A DNA stretch of 63,489 nucleotides, counting the filler, from Octopus bimaculoides (taxonomy: Eukaryota), in NCBI RefSeq assembly GCF_001194135.2. It is 8 parts of 7 records of this genome, joined end to end, with 100 filler letters (N's around TTAATTAATTAA, not from the genome) between each part and the next. Parts side by side here need not be neighbours in the genome. Positions count along the whole stretch, not along the records: positions 46,591 to 52,885 come from NC_069008.1; positions 52,986 to 61,570 come from NC_068985.1; positions 61,671 to 63,489 come from NC_068984.1; 5 more parts are not named here. One strand, written 5' to 3'. How positions within the stretch are numbered: position 1 is the first letter of the stretch; each line of letters opens with the position of its first letter. This document shows positions 52,027-61,927 of the stretch, in pieces. The notes below the pieces were generated by a model, which was not told the origin of the DNA, ran no database searches, and saw only the letters and a program-made list of their open reading frames with translations. Position numbers and translations under genes: made by a program.

Positions 52027-52649
52027 TATTATTGTGCCAACGTCGGAGTAACCAGTGAACATCGAAGGATCAACACCAAGACGGAAGAAATATTATTTAC
52101 ATATATTTATTCGTTTGCCCGACAGTAGCACTGGTAGTGATAGCAAAATTATTTTTCGATAGTGGCAACAAGGGTGCCCTCGGCCAGTAGAGAGAAAAAG
52201 CGTAAGGAATGCACAGTGTTGACCAGAAAAGAAGAAAGGATAAAGGTGGCTCTGCTCTGGCTGGCTGTATGTAAATGAGTTTATTACTAGGGTCCGGAAG
52301 TCTCGTGGGAAAATTTTTTCTCTTCCCGGACCCAATCACGAAATAAAAATTTTACACTAACTAAATTTTATAATAAATTCAGATATTAAAAAAGTAAGCT
52401 TAAAAAGAATTTATTATAACAAATAAACAAAAAATAAAACATAGATGTTTAAAATAAAAATATATAAAGTAAATTTATTGTCTTTTAGAGCTTTCCAAGT
52501 GTATTATATCTTGCATCATTGCTGTCAATAAATAATTTAGCACACACAGACACGCGTCTATATAGTCTAAAGATAGGGTTTAGGGTTAAGAATTACGGTT
52601 AGATGTTAATTTTAGTGTTTTGAGTTAGAGTAACGATTGTTTATGAATT

Positions 52650-52885
52650 ATATTTTTTCCATTTTCTGTCTCCTTCCATTCCATTTACTTCCAAACTCGA
52701 TCCATAAATTTTTACTCAGTTCTTCACATAATGGTACCAGAAGTTCTTTGGTCGTCCTCTCCTTCACCCCACCACCCAAAGTGGTGAGGTTTCACTGAAG
52801 GGACAGCCTAGAACCTTCTGAAGATATGCACAATCCAGCATCTCTTTTTTGCTTGACCCCGTGGACAACATATGTCTTATGAGGC
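52650..52885 (-). pseudogene. RTE/RTE-X ORF C-terminal relic
   Basis: RCWIVHIFR ... RRGRPKNFWYHYV resembles LRW-GH--R / RGRP--TW. Confidence 0.5.
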
Positions 52886-53264
52886 NNNNNNNNNNNNNNN
52901 NNNNNNNNNNNNNNNNNNNNNNNNNNNNNTTAATTAATTAANNNNNNNNNNNNNNNNNNNNNNNNNNNNNNNNNNNNNNNNNNNNTATATATATATATAT
53001 CTTTATACACACACTCACATAAATTATCTCCTTCTCTGTTATAATAAATTGTGTATGCAGAGCTCTGTTTAACAGCCATGTAGTCTTGAATACTCAAATA
53101 TTCTCATGTAACTTCATGCTATTTGGCATTACTGGAAGGGCATGGGCTCAATTCTGTCACAGTGTGTCTAACCTCAAGCAGATTTGCAACAGGACTTTTC
53201 AATAGTATGAATTATGAATCAATGATTACATACAATCAAAAATAATATATCTATATGTGAAATT

Positions 53265-53650
53265 CTGTAGTTTGTTTTTGTATCCGATTTGCAAAATTCT
53301 TTATGTGAATTCGTACGTTGAAACAAATTCACATTTTGTTGTCTAGGGAGAGTCATTATGCCAATAGAATTAAAACACACAATGGTTCAATTTCACTCAT
53401 TTATTAAATATCCAATTGTTTTGTTTTTGTTTGTCAATGCTCTCTCATTACTTCTTGTAACCTTCTCAATGATTATTGACTTAGTCCTATGAAGTACTAA
53501 GTCAATAGTCATTGAAAAGGTTGCAAGAAACAGCAAAAGAGCGTTGATAAACAAAAACAAAACAATCAGATATCTAATAAATGAGTGGAATTGAACCAGT
53601 GTGTGTGCTGATTATATTGGCATAATGATTCTCCTTAGACACAACAAAAT
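53265..53650. mobile_element. Foldback element (arms ~153 bp at 53333-53485 and 53496-53650), related to 25935-26200
   Basis: Mirror symmetry around CCTATGAAGT; shares the AATTCTTT-TG-GA-TTCGT...TGTTG(TG)TCT lead-in with the 25.9-kb element. Confidence 0.85.
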
Positions 53651-53789
53651 TCTGCTGCTTGGTTATTTGAGTTTTATGTTAGCAGAGAAGAGCAAGAAGG
53701 GAAGCAATTGATTATGCTTTCTACATGAAAGTTATGTAATGATGTAATGAAGCTAAGAGATTTTAAATCTTAATATATTTGAATATACA

Positions 53790-54250
53790 ATACCAGGCCT
53801 CTTTATCCAACTTCCAAAACATCTGGAATTTTCAGAAATGTGGAAATACTGTACAATACTATACAGTATACTATACCATGCATTGAGTAAACGAACCCTG
53901 ATCTTTTTTGAGTGTGTTAAAAATAATTTTGTCCTTTACTCTTTTTAAGTGGATTGATAAAGATTAAACATACTCAGCTTTAAAATTGTATTAACTTGTG
54001 TTTGTATCTGTTAAATACAATCATGTTCTTTACTTTTCTTTATTTAATGTTCATCCTATAAACATTATATTTTATACATGGTACAATATGATATATTTAA
54101 AAAATTTAAGGGGATTAACCAATACTTTTCATAGTTTATGAGTATTTTACATTTTATGTATATATTTAGACTGTCTCCAGAAAACTGGAAAATTCAGAAA
54201 CCCAAGATGCTTCTGGTCCCAAGTCTGCCAAGTTATTTGGTTTAATACTG
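53790..54250. mobile_element. Possible Tigger/pogo-like MITE remnant
   Basis: CCTCTTTATCCAAC-TCCAAAA..TGGAA-TTTTCAG left end; GATGCTTCTGGTCCCAAG right end. Confidence 0.35.
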
Positions 54251-54486
54251 TGTTATACACACTCATATATATAGATAGGTAGATACAAATAGTGAGGGAT
54301 TATCAATCTGGGAAAAAATATTTCATAAAAACTCTATTGGCACACCAGGCTAACAATATTAGTTAGATTAACGAAAGACCAATTGAGTAAACCTATCAGT
54401 AATGTACCTATAATGAGTACTGGAAACAGTTGTAAGCCAAGGAATTATATGTAATGACCATTATTTTTAACTCATTTCTTATATAC

Positions 54487-54521
<35 letters not shown>

Positions 54522-54884
54522 CCACGGTTATATATTTTACCACAATTGTTGCCTACCCTCTTTGTTTGATATCCAATTTGTCCCAGAGTGCAAAAAGAAG
54601 CAGATTAGTGTGGGCAAAGTATAGACAGAAAACTTCATATGGAAGCTTTGATTTCAATACAAAAAAACAATTTACATTATTAATACCAAAATCATTTCCA
54701 AGATTGTCAAAATTTAACTCGTTTGGGTTTAACAATATTTTCAGGATAATAACATAGCTATGTAGGGTGTAGATATTGTTGATGTTTGGACAGGATTTGC
54801 GATTCCAAGCAGCATTTCTAAGCAGAAGTTCAGGGTAAGGTGGATGTTCTGGTTATCAGGACAGCACAATTCAAAGTAAATGTT

Positions 54885-54954
54885 CTAGGTGGATGTTCTG
54901 TTATTTGGTCCTCTGTATCCTTTATTGTTTAGTATATCATCCCTTGGGTAATAA
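54885..54954 (-). CDS. Probable terminal coding exon of an unidentified gene: (G)YYPRDDILNNKGYRGPNNRTST*
   Basis: Acceptor TTATATCTTTTCCTTTTCCAG|; the phase-2 frame, matching the upstream exon, gives the longest run before a stop; no GT before the TAG. Confidence 0.55.
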
Positions 54955-55010
54955 CTGGAAAAGGAAAAGATATAACAAATTAATAATTTGTTAAAAATAT
55001 AACATTTATA

Positions 55011-55603
55011 AGCGTAGGAGTGGCTATGTGGTAAGTAGCTTGCTTACCAACCACATGGTTCTGGGTTCTGTCCCACTGCGTGGCACCTTGGGCAAGTGTC
55101 TTCTACTATAGCCTCGGGCCGACCAAAGCCTTGTGAGCGGATTTGGTAGACGGAAACTGAAAGACGCCTGTCGTATATATATGTATTGGCACGTAAAACA
55201 CCCACTACACTCTTGGAGTGGTTGGCGTTAGGAAGGGCATCCAGCTGTAGAAACTCTGCCAAATCAGATTGGAGCCTGGTGTCGCCTCCTGGTCCACCAG
55301 TCCTCAGTGAAATTGTCCAACCCATGCTAGCATGGAAAGCGGATGTTAAACGATGATGATGATGATGATATGTATGTATGTGTGTGTGTGTCTATGTTTG
55401 TGTGTCTGTGTTTGTCCCCCCAGCACCGCTTGACAACCGATGATGGTGTGTTTACGTCCCCCGTAACTTAGCAGTTCGGCAAAAGAGACCGATAGAATAA
55501 GTACTAGGCTTCCAAAGAATTAGTCCTGGGGTCGATTTGCTCGACTAAAAAGGCGGTGCTCTAGCATGGCCACAGTCGAATGACTGAAACAAGTAAAAGA
55601 GTA
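55011..55603 (+). mobile_element. SINE family A, full length, interrupted at 55186-55367
   Basis: tRNA head GCGTAGGAGTGGCTATGTGGTAAGTAGC..GGGTTCTGTCCC; CORE-like block; tail to AAGTAAAAGAGT. Confidence 0.92.
55186..55367 (+). mobile_element. 5'-truncated RTE-X-like 3' tail nested in SINE A; TSD ATATGTA
   Basis: ATATGTA at 55179-55185 and 55368-55374; (GAT)n tail. Confidence 0.85.
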
Positions 55604-55769
55604 ATTAGTAAGTAGTCATAATTTGTTTGAAAAGTCACATGACAAAGAGTTCAAATTTTTATCATAAACAGTGTTTACTTGCTACCAGAAATATCATATT
55701 AGTGGAGATGCTATATTGCAAATTTGCCAAAATAATTAAGATGAAAATATTAATAATTCATATGAATTT

Positions 55770-56300
55770 CGGATGTTAAGTCTCAAGGAGGTGATGACAA
55801 GTGATCGAGACCTTTGTCAATTTGTTGTGCTTGAGAAGACACATCAAACCAAGTGAAATCAGTCATGGTTTGTGCAGGTGAATGCAATAGGCTCCTGTGC
55901 ATGTAACACATAAATGGCACTTGTGCTGGTGACACGTAAAAGCCACTCATGCTTGTGACAAGTAAAAGGCACTCATGCCAGTGACACGTTACAGGTACTC
56001 ATGTTGGTGGTACGTAACAGGCACTCATATTTGTGACATGTAAGAGGCACCCGTGCCGGTGACCCATACAAGGCACTCGTGCTGGTGACATGTAAAAGGC
56101 ACTCATACCAGCGACACATAAAAAGTAATCACTACACCCTGTGGAGTGGTTGGTGTTAGGAAGGGCATCCAGCCACAGAAACCAAGTCAAACCAGACTAG
56201 AGCCTGGTACAATTCGCCAGCTTACCAGTTCCTGTTAATCCATCTAATCCATGCCAGCGTGTAAAATGGACACTAGATGATGACAACAATGATGATGATT
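55770..56300 (+). mobile_element. RTE-X-like LINE 3' end: ORF terminus, 8x26-bp array, (GAT)n tail
   Basis: LSLKEVMTSDRDLCQFVVLEKTHQTK* (DR--WR-type end); array at 55916-56123; AGGAAGGGCATCCAGC motif. Confidence 0.75.
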
Positions 56301-57048
56301 CATGGACTTACCCTTTCATTCCTTCTGAATCAATACAATAAAGTACTAGTAAAGTACCAGCTACTCCTCTCCTTCGAACTACTTTCCTTGTCAGCCATCC
56401 CACATTCTCAACATCATCATTTACCATTATTTTCCACTGAAAACCACTTTCCTCTCATATCTGCCATTGACATATCCCTCTTCCCCCAGTTTTTATCACT
56501 CACTATATCCACCCCTACATGCCTCTCACCTCCTTCTCTATTACATACAACTTCTCTCTCCCAACACTTCACATCATCTCCCTATTTTATCACACTGCTG
56601 CTCTTCACCTCCCCCTTTTGTGTAATGCCACCTATCACATCTTCCTCCCTAACTCACCTTTATTTTCCTTTACCTTCCCACCCCAAACTGAGACTCACTT
56701 TTCCCCCAAACCTCCATCCATGTTCCCCATTCATTACATTTGCCTCTATCCCCATATCTAATTGTCTATCAACAAGTAAAGTCACTAGTCAGAAAATCTC
56801 TAAAGAGATGAAAGCTGTAACTATACTGAGAAGTAATGTTTGTTGCCACTTAAAAAAGGCAGTCACATGGATTCATGTGAAACAGTCATATTGAAGTGGC
56901 AATGAACATTACTACTCAGTATAGTTAGTACTTTCATCCCTTATAGAGATTTTCTAACTAGCTACTATGCTTGTTGCAAGATCAGTGACTGATTGTCACT
57001 TATTTTCCTGTATATTGTAACCTTGAGTGAACAACTGCTCAATAGCCC

Positions 57049-57266
57049 AGGTGAGCTGCCAGAATCGTTAGCACGCCGGGCGAAATGCTTAGCAGTATTT
57101 CGTCTGTCTTTACGTTCTGAGTTCAAATTCCACCAAGGTCGACTTTGCCTTTCATCCTTTCGGGGTCGATAAATTCAGTACCAGTCGTGTACTGGAGTCG
57201 ATCTAATCGACTGCCCCCCCCCACCTCCACCAAAATTTTGGGCCTTGTGCCTAGAATAGAAAAGAA
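57049..57266 (+). mobile_element. SINE family B, full length
   Basis: GGTGAGCTGCCAGAATCGTTAGCACGCCGGGCGAAATGC...GAGTTCAAATTCC...GGCCTTGTGCCTAGAATAGAAAAG. Confidence 0.9.
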
Positions 57267-57719
57267 TAGCCCAAAACCAGATAGTCTGCTGGTCCTGTCA
57301 AGTTACTAGAAGATGATAGGGGTTCACTCCCCTGCTTGCAATATATATTGGTTGCAGATTGCATTAATAACCAGCTAAGGAAGACATCTTCTTGGGATTA
57401 AAAACAGAAGTAATATTGGTTCATACAGAACAGCCATGTTGAAGTGGCAACAAACATTACCTAATTGTCTATGATTCTCCTTTCACACTCATGAATTCAC
57501 AGTCTGCCATTCTAAATTGTCTATCTTTTTATCCCTATTCTCTCTTTATGCATCTCCTTGTATCTTTAGGATGCACCTTGACATCTCATCTCCACCATCC
57601 TCACTTTCGAGGGTAGCTGTGAATTCTCCACTACAGCAAAACACCTGTTTCTGTCCCTCGGTCATACTTTAGCCTCTCAAAATTTGGCCCCAATCCACCT
57701 GCTTCAATACTGCGACCCC

Positions 57720-57940
57720 CACTCAGTCAAAGACTTTTGTCTTGCAAGTTACTTAGCAACCTCACTGGTACCAATGCCATGGTATCATAGTTGTAAAATG
57801 GTTGGCATTAGAAAGGACATCCAGCCATAGAAACCATGCCAAAGCAGACACTGAGTCCAACGCAGTCCTGTCTTGTCAGTCCCAGTTAAACTGTCCAAGT
57901 CATGCTCGCATGAAATATGGAATGTTAAATGATGATGACA
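57720..57940 (+). mobile_element. Diverged RTE-X-like 3' tail
   Basis: TGGTTGGCATTAGAAAGGACATCCAGCC...GTTAAATGATGATG. Confidence 0.65.
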
Positions 57941-57974
57941 ATGCTAAAATTGAAAAGAGAATGAATGAATTTAC

Positions 57975-58297
57975 CCATAATCCAATGCATCGCTATAATC
58001 AGCTTCTGGGTGACTGCTGGGTGGTGGAGGAAACGGCAGTGAAGAGTTCATATTCCTACTTTGAGACAACTCAAAGTTGTTTGGTTGCAGGCTGCTGAGA
58101 TTTTGGTACTCATTGTCAGGAGATCTTCTGAATTGTGGCACATTGTTATTGGCTCTTGGTGAGTAGGAATATAAATGTGGCTGTGGAGGTGGTGTAGGAA
58201 TTTTGTTGTTGGAAACCTGATACGGATGTACTGATGGCACTGTATTCTGGGAATCAACAATGTGTGTTGGTCCTTGCCGTAAGGGAGATGCAGGGAG
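57975..58297 (-). CDS. Internal coding exon (323 nt, phase 0 to 2) of an unidentified Pro/Ser/Tyr-rich protein
   Basis: Branch-like CTCTAAC plus pyrimidine tract TTTTCGTTTCCTACCTTCAG|, donor TATGG|GTAAAT, fully open: LPASPLRQGP...PTPPPQP...NEYQNL...LPFPPPPSSHPEADYSDALDYG. Confidence 0.8.
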
Positions 58298-58362
58298 CTG
58301 AAGGTAGGAAACGAAAAGTTAGAGAAGAAAAATATCATAAGACATTACATTCAACATAAATA

Positions 58363-58402
<40 letters not shown>

Positions 58403-58414
58403 CATACATACATA

Positions 58415-59180
58415 CGTGTTCTGATCAATAAGTATCCGGACTGTTATAGTAATGAAGCTAAATCATGGAGAGTGAAGCAAGCTGCTTGGCACACATTGAC
58501 CTTGAACTCTGCTGTACTGCATGCACACTAAGTTTTAACATTCAAGTTAACTTCTATTGTTTACAGCAGTGCTTGGAAGGAAGGTGTGTAGCGTGCAATT
58601 GTCGCATTGATCATGACAAAGGAAACTGGGCAGAGAATCTGCATCAAATATTGCCAAACGCTTGGTGATACCTGCTCAAAGACCTATGCAAAGTTTTCAA
58701 AAAGTTTTCATCATTCTCCACACAATCAAGGAGATTTTGTGCAACTGAAACCCAAGTGTCTTTTTGATCAGCTAAAAGCGGTTTTGGCACAAACTTGGCA
58801 GACCCGCATCTCATACCCAAATCTTCAGTGATAATGGACTGAACTGAACCATAACTAATCTGCACATCTGATAACTCACAGATGGGGATACAATGATTTC
58901 CCTTCACACCTTCATGCACATCTGCGATGTTTTTCTCAGTTCTGCAGGTTGCACGTCTCCGACATTTCTCAATGTCGACATTTTTGCGACCATCTTGGAA
59001 ATGTCTAAACCCTTTGTATACGTGTGTGCAGCTCATGCAGTCCTCTTCATACACCTTCTAAAACTTTGCATAGGCATCTGAGCAGGTATCACCATGACAA
59101 CATTTGCTGTCACAGTCAATATGACAATCTAACGCTACACACCTTCCTTCCGAGCACTGCTGTAAACAGTGAAAGTAAGC
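58415..59180. mobile_element. Rearranged mariner: plus-strand 5' end (58415-58697) fused to an inverted minus-strand 5' half (58692-59180)
   Basis: TA + TIR GTTCTGATCAATAAGTATCCGGACT; MTKETGQRICIKYC; minus part reads ..LGMRCGSAKFVPK..DQK..ENDENFLKT. Confidence 0.85.
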
Positions 59181-59345
59181 TAGAACAGGACACCGCTGCA
59201 TAGTGCCAGAAAGACTCCAGCTTTACATCAAAATATAAGACAAGCTATTGCAATAGCCTGTTCTTTAAAGGCCCACAGCTCTTAAACATCCTCCCGAAGG
59301 GCCTGAGAGACCAACATGGGGCGGGTGTAGATGTCTTCAAAAGTA
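59180..59345 (+). pseudogene. CR1-group LINE 3' relic
   Basis: Similar to 46108-46250 (CATAGTGCC..GGCCCACAGCTCTT..GTAGATGTCTTCAAAA). Confidence 0.65.
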
Positions 59346-59372
59346 TATATGGCTGTATCTATCTATCTATGT

Positions 59373-59730
59373 GTCATTATTCAGTTTTAGTTCAAGATTT
59401 CTTGCCCATAAAGCAAGAGTCAGTTTCTAACCTAGATCCAAGACTCCTTCATTGGAATTTCAACATCAACAACAGAGTATTTTTATATGTATGTATATGT
59501 GTAGATTTGTATGTTTTGTTTTATGTATGTATTCTCATGCATAAAGTCGCATGTCCAGACATGCTCATATATACTTAAATGATAAACTTCTGGAAAGTTT
59601 TATAGATTTTTACAGTTCCACTGATGGCTTGGATCTGTAATTTTCGAATCAGCTTTTTCCTTTCTGGTTTTGAGAAGCCTCATTTCTCAAGATTGGTATT
59701 TAGGCAGTGTGTTACATATCTCAATGCCCC
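59373..59730 (-). mobile_element. (ATAC/ATAG)n-associated RLE-type LINE 3' end, copy 3
   Basis: HCLNTNLEK*GFSKPERKKLIRKLQIQAISGTVKIYKTFQKFII*, 3' UTR, then ATAG repeats. Confidence 0.72.
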
Positions 59731-60448
59731 AATAATGTATGTATGTATGCATGTACGTACGTACGTATGTGTATGTATGCATGTATGTGTTAATTATATT
59801 GTTAGATAAATAGATGAAAACCCATACAAGTAAAAGGAAGAAAGAAAAGTGTCAAATGAAAAATAAATTAAGTTAAACAAGCAAAACTCATGGTGGTAAA
59901 ACAGAAAAATTGAAACGAAACAAATGGGGAGGGGCAGGAAAAGGGATTAAAAGGAAAAAGAAAGAGAGAACTTAGCTAAACAAAAATGGCTTTACATAAT
60001 AAGAAATTATTGTGTGGTATATCTATATATGTGTGTGCGTATATAGATGCATGTATGTATATGTTTAAGTGTATGTGTATGGATATATATATATATNNNN
60101 NNNNNNNNNNNNNNNNNNNNNNNNNNNNNNNNNNNNNNNNNNNNNNNNNNNNNNNNNNNNNNNNNNNNNNNNNNNNNNNNNNNNNNNNNNNNNNNNNNNN
60201 NNNNNNNNNNNNNNNNNNNNNNNNNNNNNNNNNNNNNNNNNNNNNNNNNNNNNNNNNNNNNNNNNNNNNNNNNNNNNNNNNNNNNNNNNNNNNNNNNNNN
60301 NNNNNNNNNNNNNNNNNNNNNNNNNNNNNNNNNNNNNNNNNNNNNNNNNNNNNNNNNNNNNNNNNNNNNNNNNNNNNNNNNNNNNNNNNNNNNNNNNNNN
60401 NNNNNNNNNNNNNNNNNNNNNNNNNNNNNNNNNNNNNNNNNNNNNNNN

Positions 60449-60500
<52 letters not shown>

Positions 60501-60594
60501 TATATATATATATGCATATATATGTACCTGTGTGCGTGTATATATATATGTAAAAATATACATATGTACATATAACTACATATGTGTGTGTGTG

Positions 60595-60662
<68 letters not shown>

Positions 60663-60664
<2 letters not shown>

Positions 60665-61527
60665 GAGGGTGCAGTGAATGTAGTGTCATCTAAATTACGC
60701 AAAAATGAAAATGACACCGACATCTCATTTCAACAGATATATTTACCAAAATTACCTAGAAATATCTTGAAATACTATAGAGTAAATTTATTCAATAAAA
60801 TTGCCATTTGCTTCAACCACAGCCTCCAGATGATTTCAGAATCTTCTGCAACTCTTCTGGATGGTCCCTTTCTTTAAGATGGTCTCCTTCTTTAAGCTGC
60901 CATAATCCTTACCTTCAGTTCATCTTTGGTGTTACAAAGAGTTTTGTTTGTCTCTTGTTCAATGGTGCCACACATATAATAATCAAAGGGTTGCAGTCTG
61001 GGGAGTTAGGTGGCCAGATGTTAGGGGTGGTATGGTGCAGAAATTGTCTGACAGCCACGACTGGGTTCTTCTTGTGTGGCATGGTGCAGAGTCCTGTTGC
61101 CCTACATATGGTCTTCCAGCAGCCACCCTCTTCACACACTACCTCCTCCAGGCACTTGATGTTGGCCTCCGTGTGGAAAGATGGAGGCATAACATCGCCA
61201 TCACTAGTGATCACTCCAAAGACCATGATGTTGACTGGATGTCTGATTTTTATCATTTTTGGTACGTGTCTTCGAGACTCAGCAAGTCAACGGTTGTTCT
61301 GAGTGTTAACCATCTGTTTGTATTGGAGCTTCCAGTGCAAATGCAAGCAGTGCAGCATGTCATTTCCAACTTTCATATAGAGTGAATTGCGTCATGGTGC
61401 TGTTTTTCTCACAGATGATGCCCAACTGACCCTACTATACTGTGTAGTTGACAACATGAAAAACAAACAATGTCCATGCACAAAACTAAAAAAATGTAAA
61501 ATGGCAACAATTTACCCATCACACCCG
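60663..61527 (-). mobile_element. maT/DD37D-like Tc1-mariner, N-terminal deletion derivative, both ends present with TA flanks
   Basis: Ends match 61928-63082; retains QQDSAPCH and WPPNSPDCNP; lacks the HTH and first D. Confidence 0.88.
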
Positions 61528-61529
61528 TA

Positions 61530-61570
<41 letters not shown>

Positions 61571-61670
61571 NNNNNNNNNNNNNNNNNNNNNNNNNNNNNN
61601 NNNNNNNNNNNNNNTTAATTAATTAANNNNNNNNNNNNNNNNNNNNNNNNNNNNNNNNNNNNNNNNNNNN

Positions 61671-61741
61671 CTTGCAGGATCGAATCGTTCAAAGATTTCT
61701 TTAGCTACTTTGTAAGTTTCATTTTCTAGAACCTCTTCAAG
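61671..61741 (-). CDS. lnpk: Exon of ER junction factor lunapark, truncated by the gap
   Basis: Acceptor CTTTCTTTTTATTGCATTTCAG|, phase 0, LEEVLENETYKVAKEIFERFDPA matches the conserved lunapark coiled-coil LEEVM---TYK-AK-IL-RFDP (from recall). Confidence 0.8.
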
Positions 61742-61927
61742 CTGAAATGCAATAAAAAGAAAGTTTAGAGATTAAAAAGAGTATTTTAGAAGAGTCATAA
61801 ACAAGAACAACATATCATAAGATTTCATTGTAACAAACATTGGCAAAAATGTGTGAAAATGATACTAAGTTATTCAAGGAATATATACATATTTAAAGAA
61901 ACACACATACACATATATATATACATA

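Noticed and set aside
52574-52592. Telomere-like TAGGGTTTAGGGTTA
   Set aside because: Only about two imperfect units
54885-58297. Assigning these exons to lunapark (PASP..QGP and GPNNR look-alikes)
   Set aside because: Spacing does not fit RPILP..GDGP, a stop follows instead of the YALIC zinc ribbon, and a spacer separates them from the lnpk exon
903-61626. Long ORF-track entries rich in X, YI, CV, HT, ER, poly-N/D/L
   Set aside because: They are translations of microsatellites and N gaps, not genes
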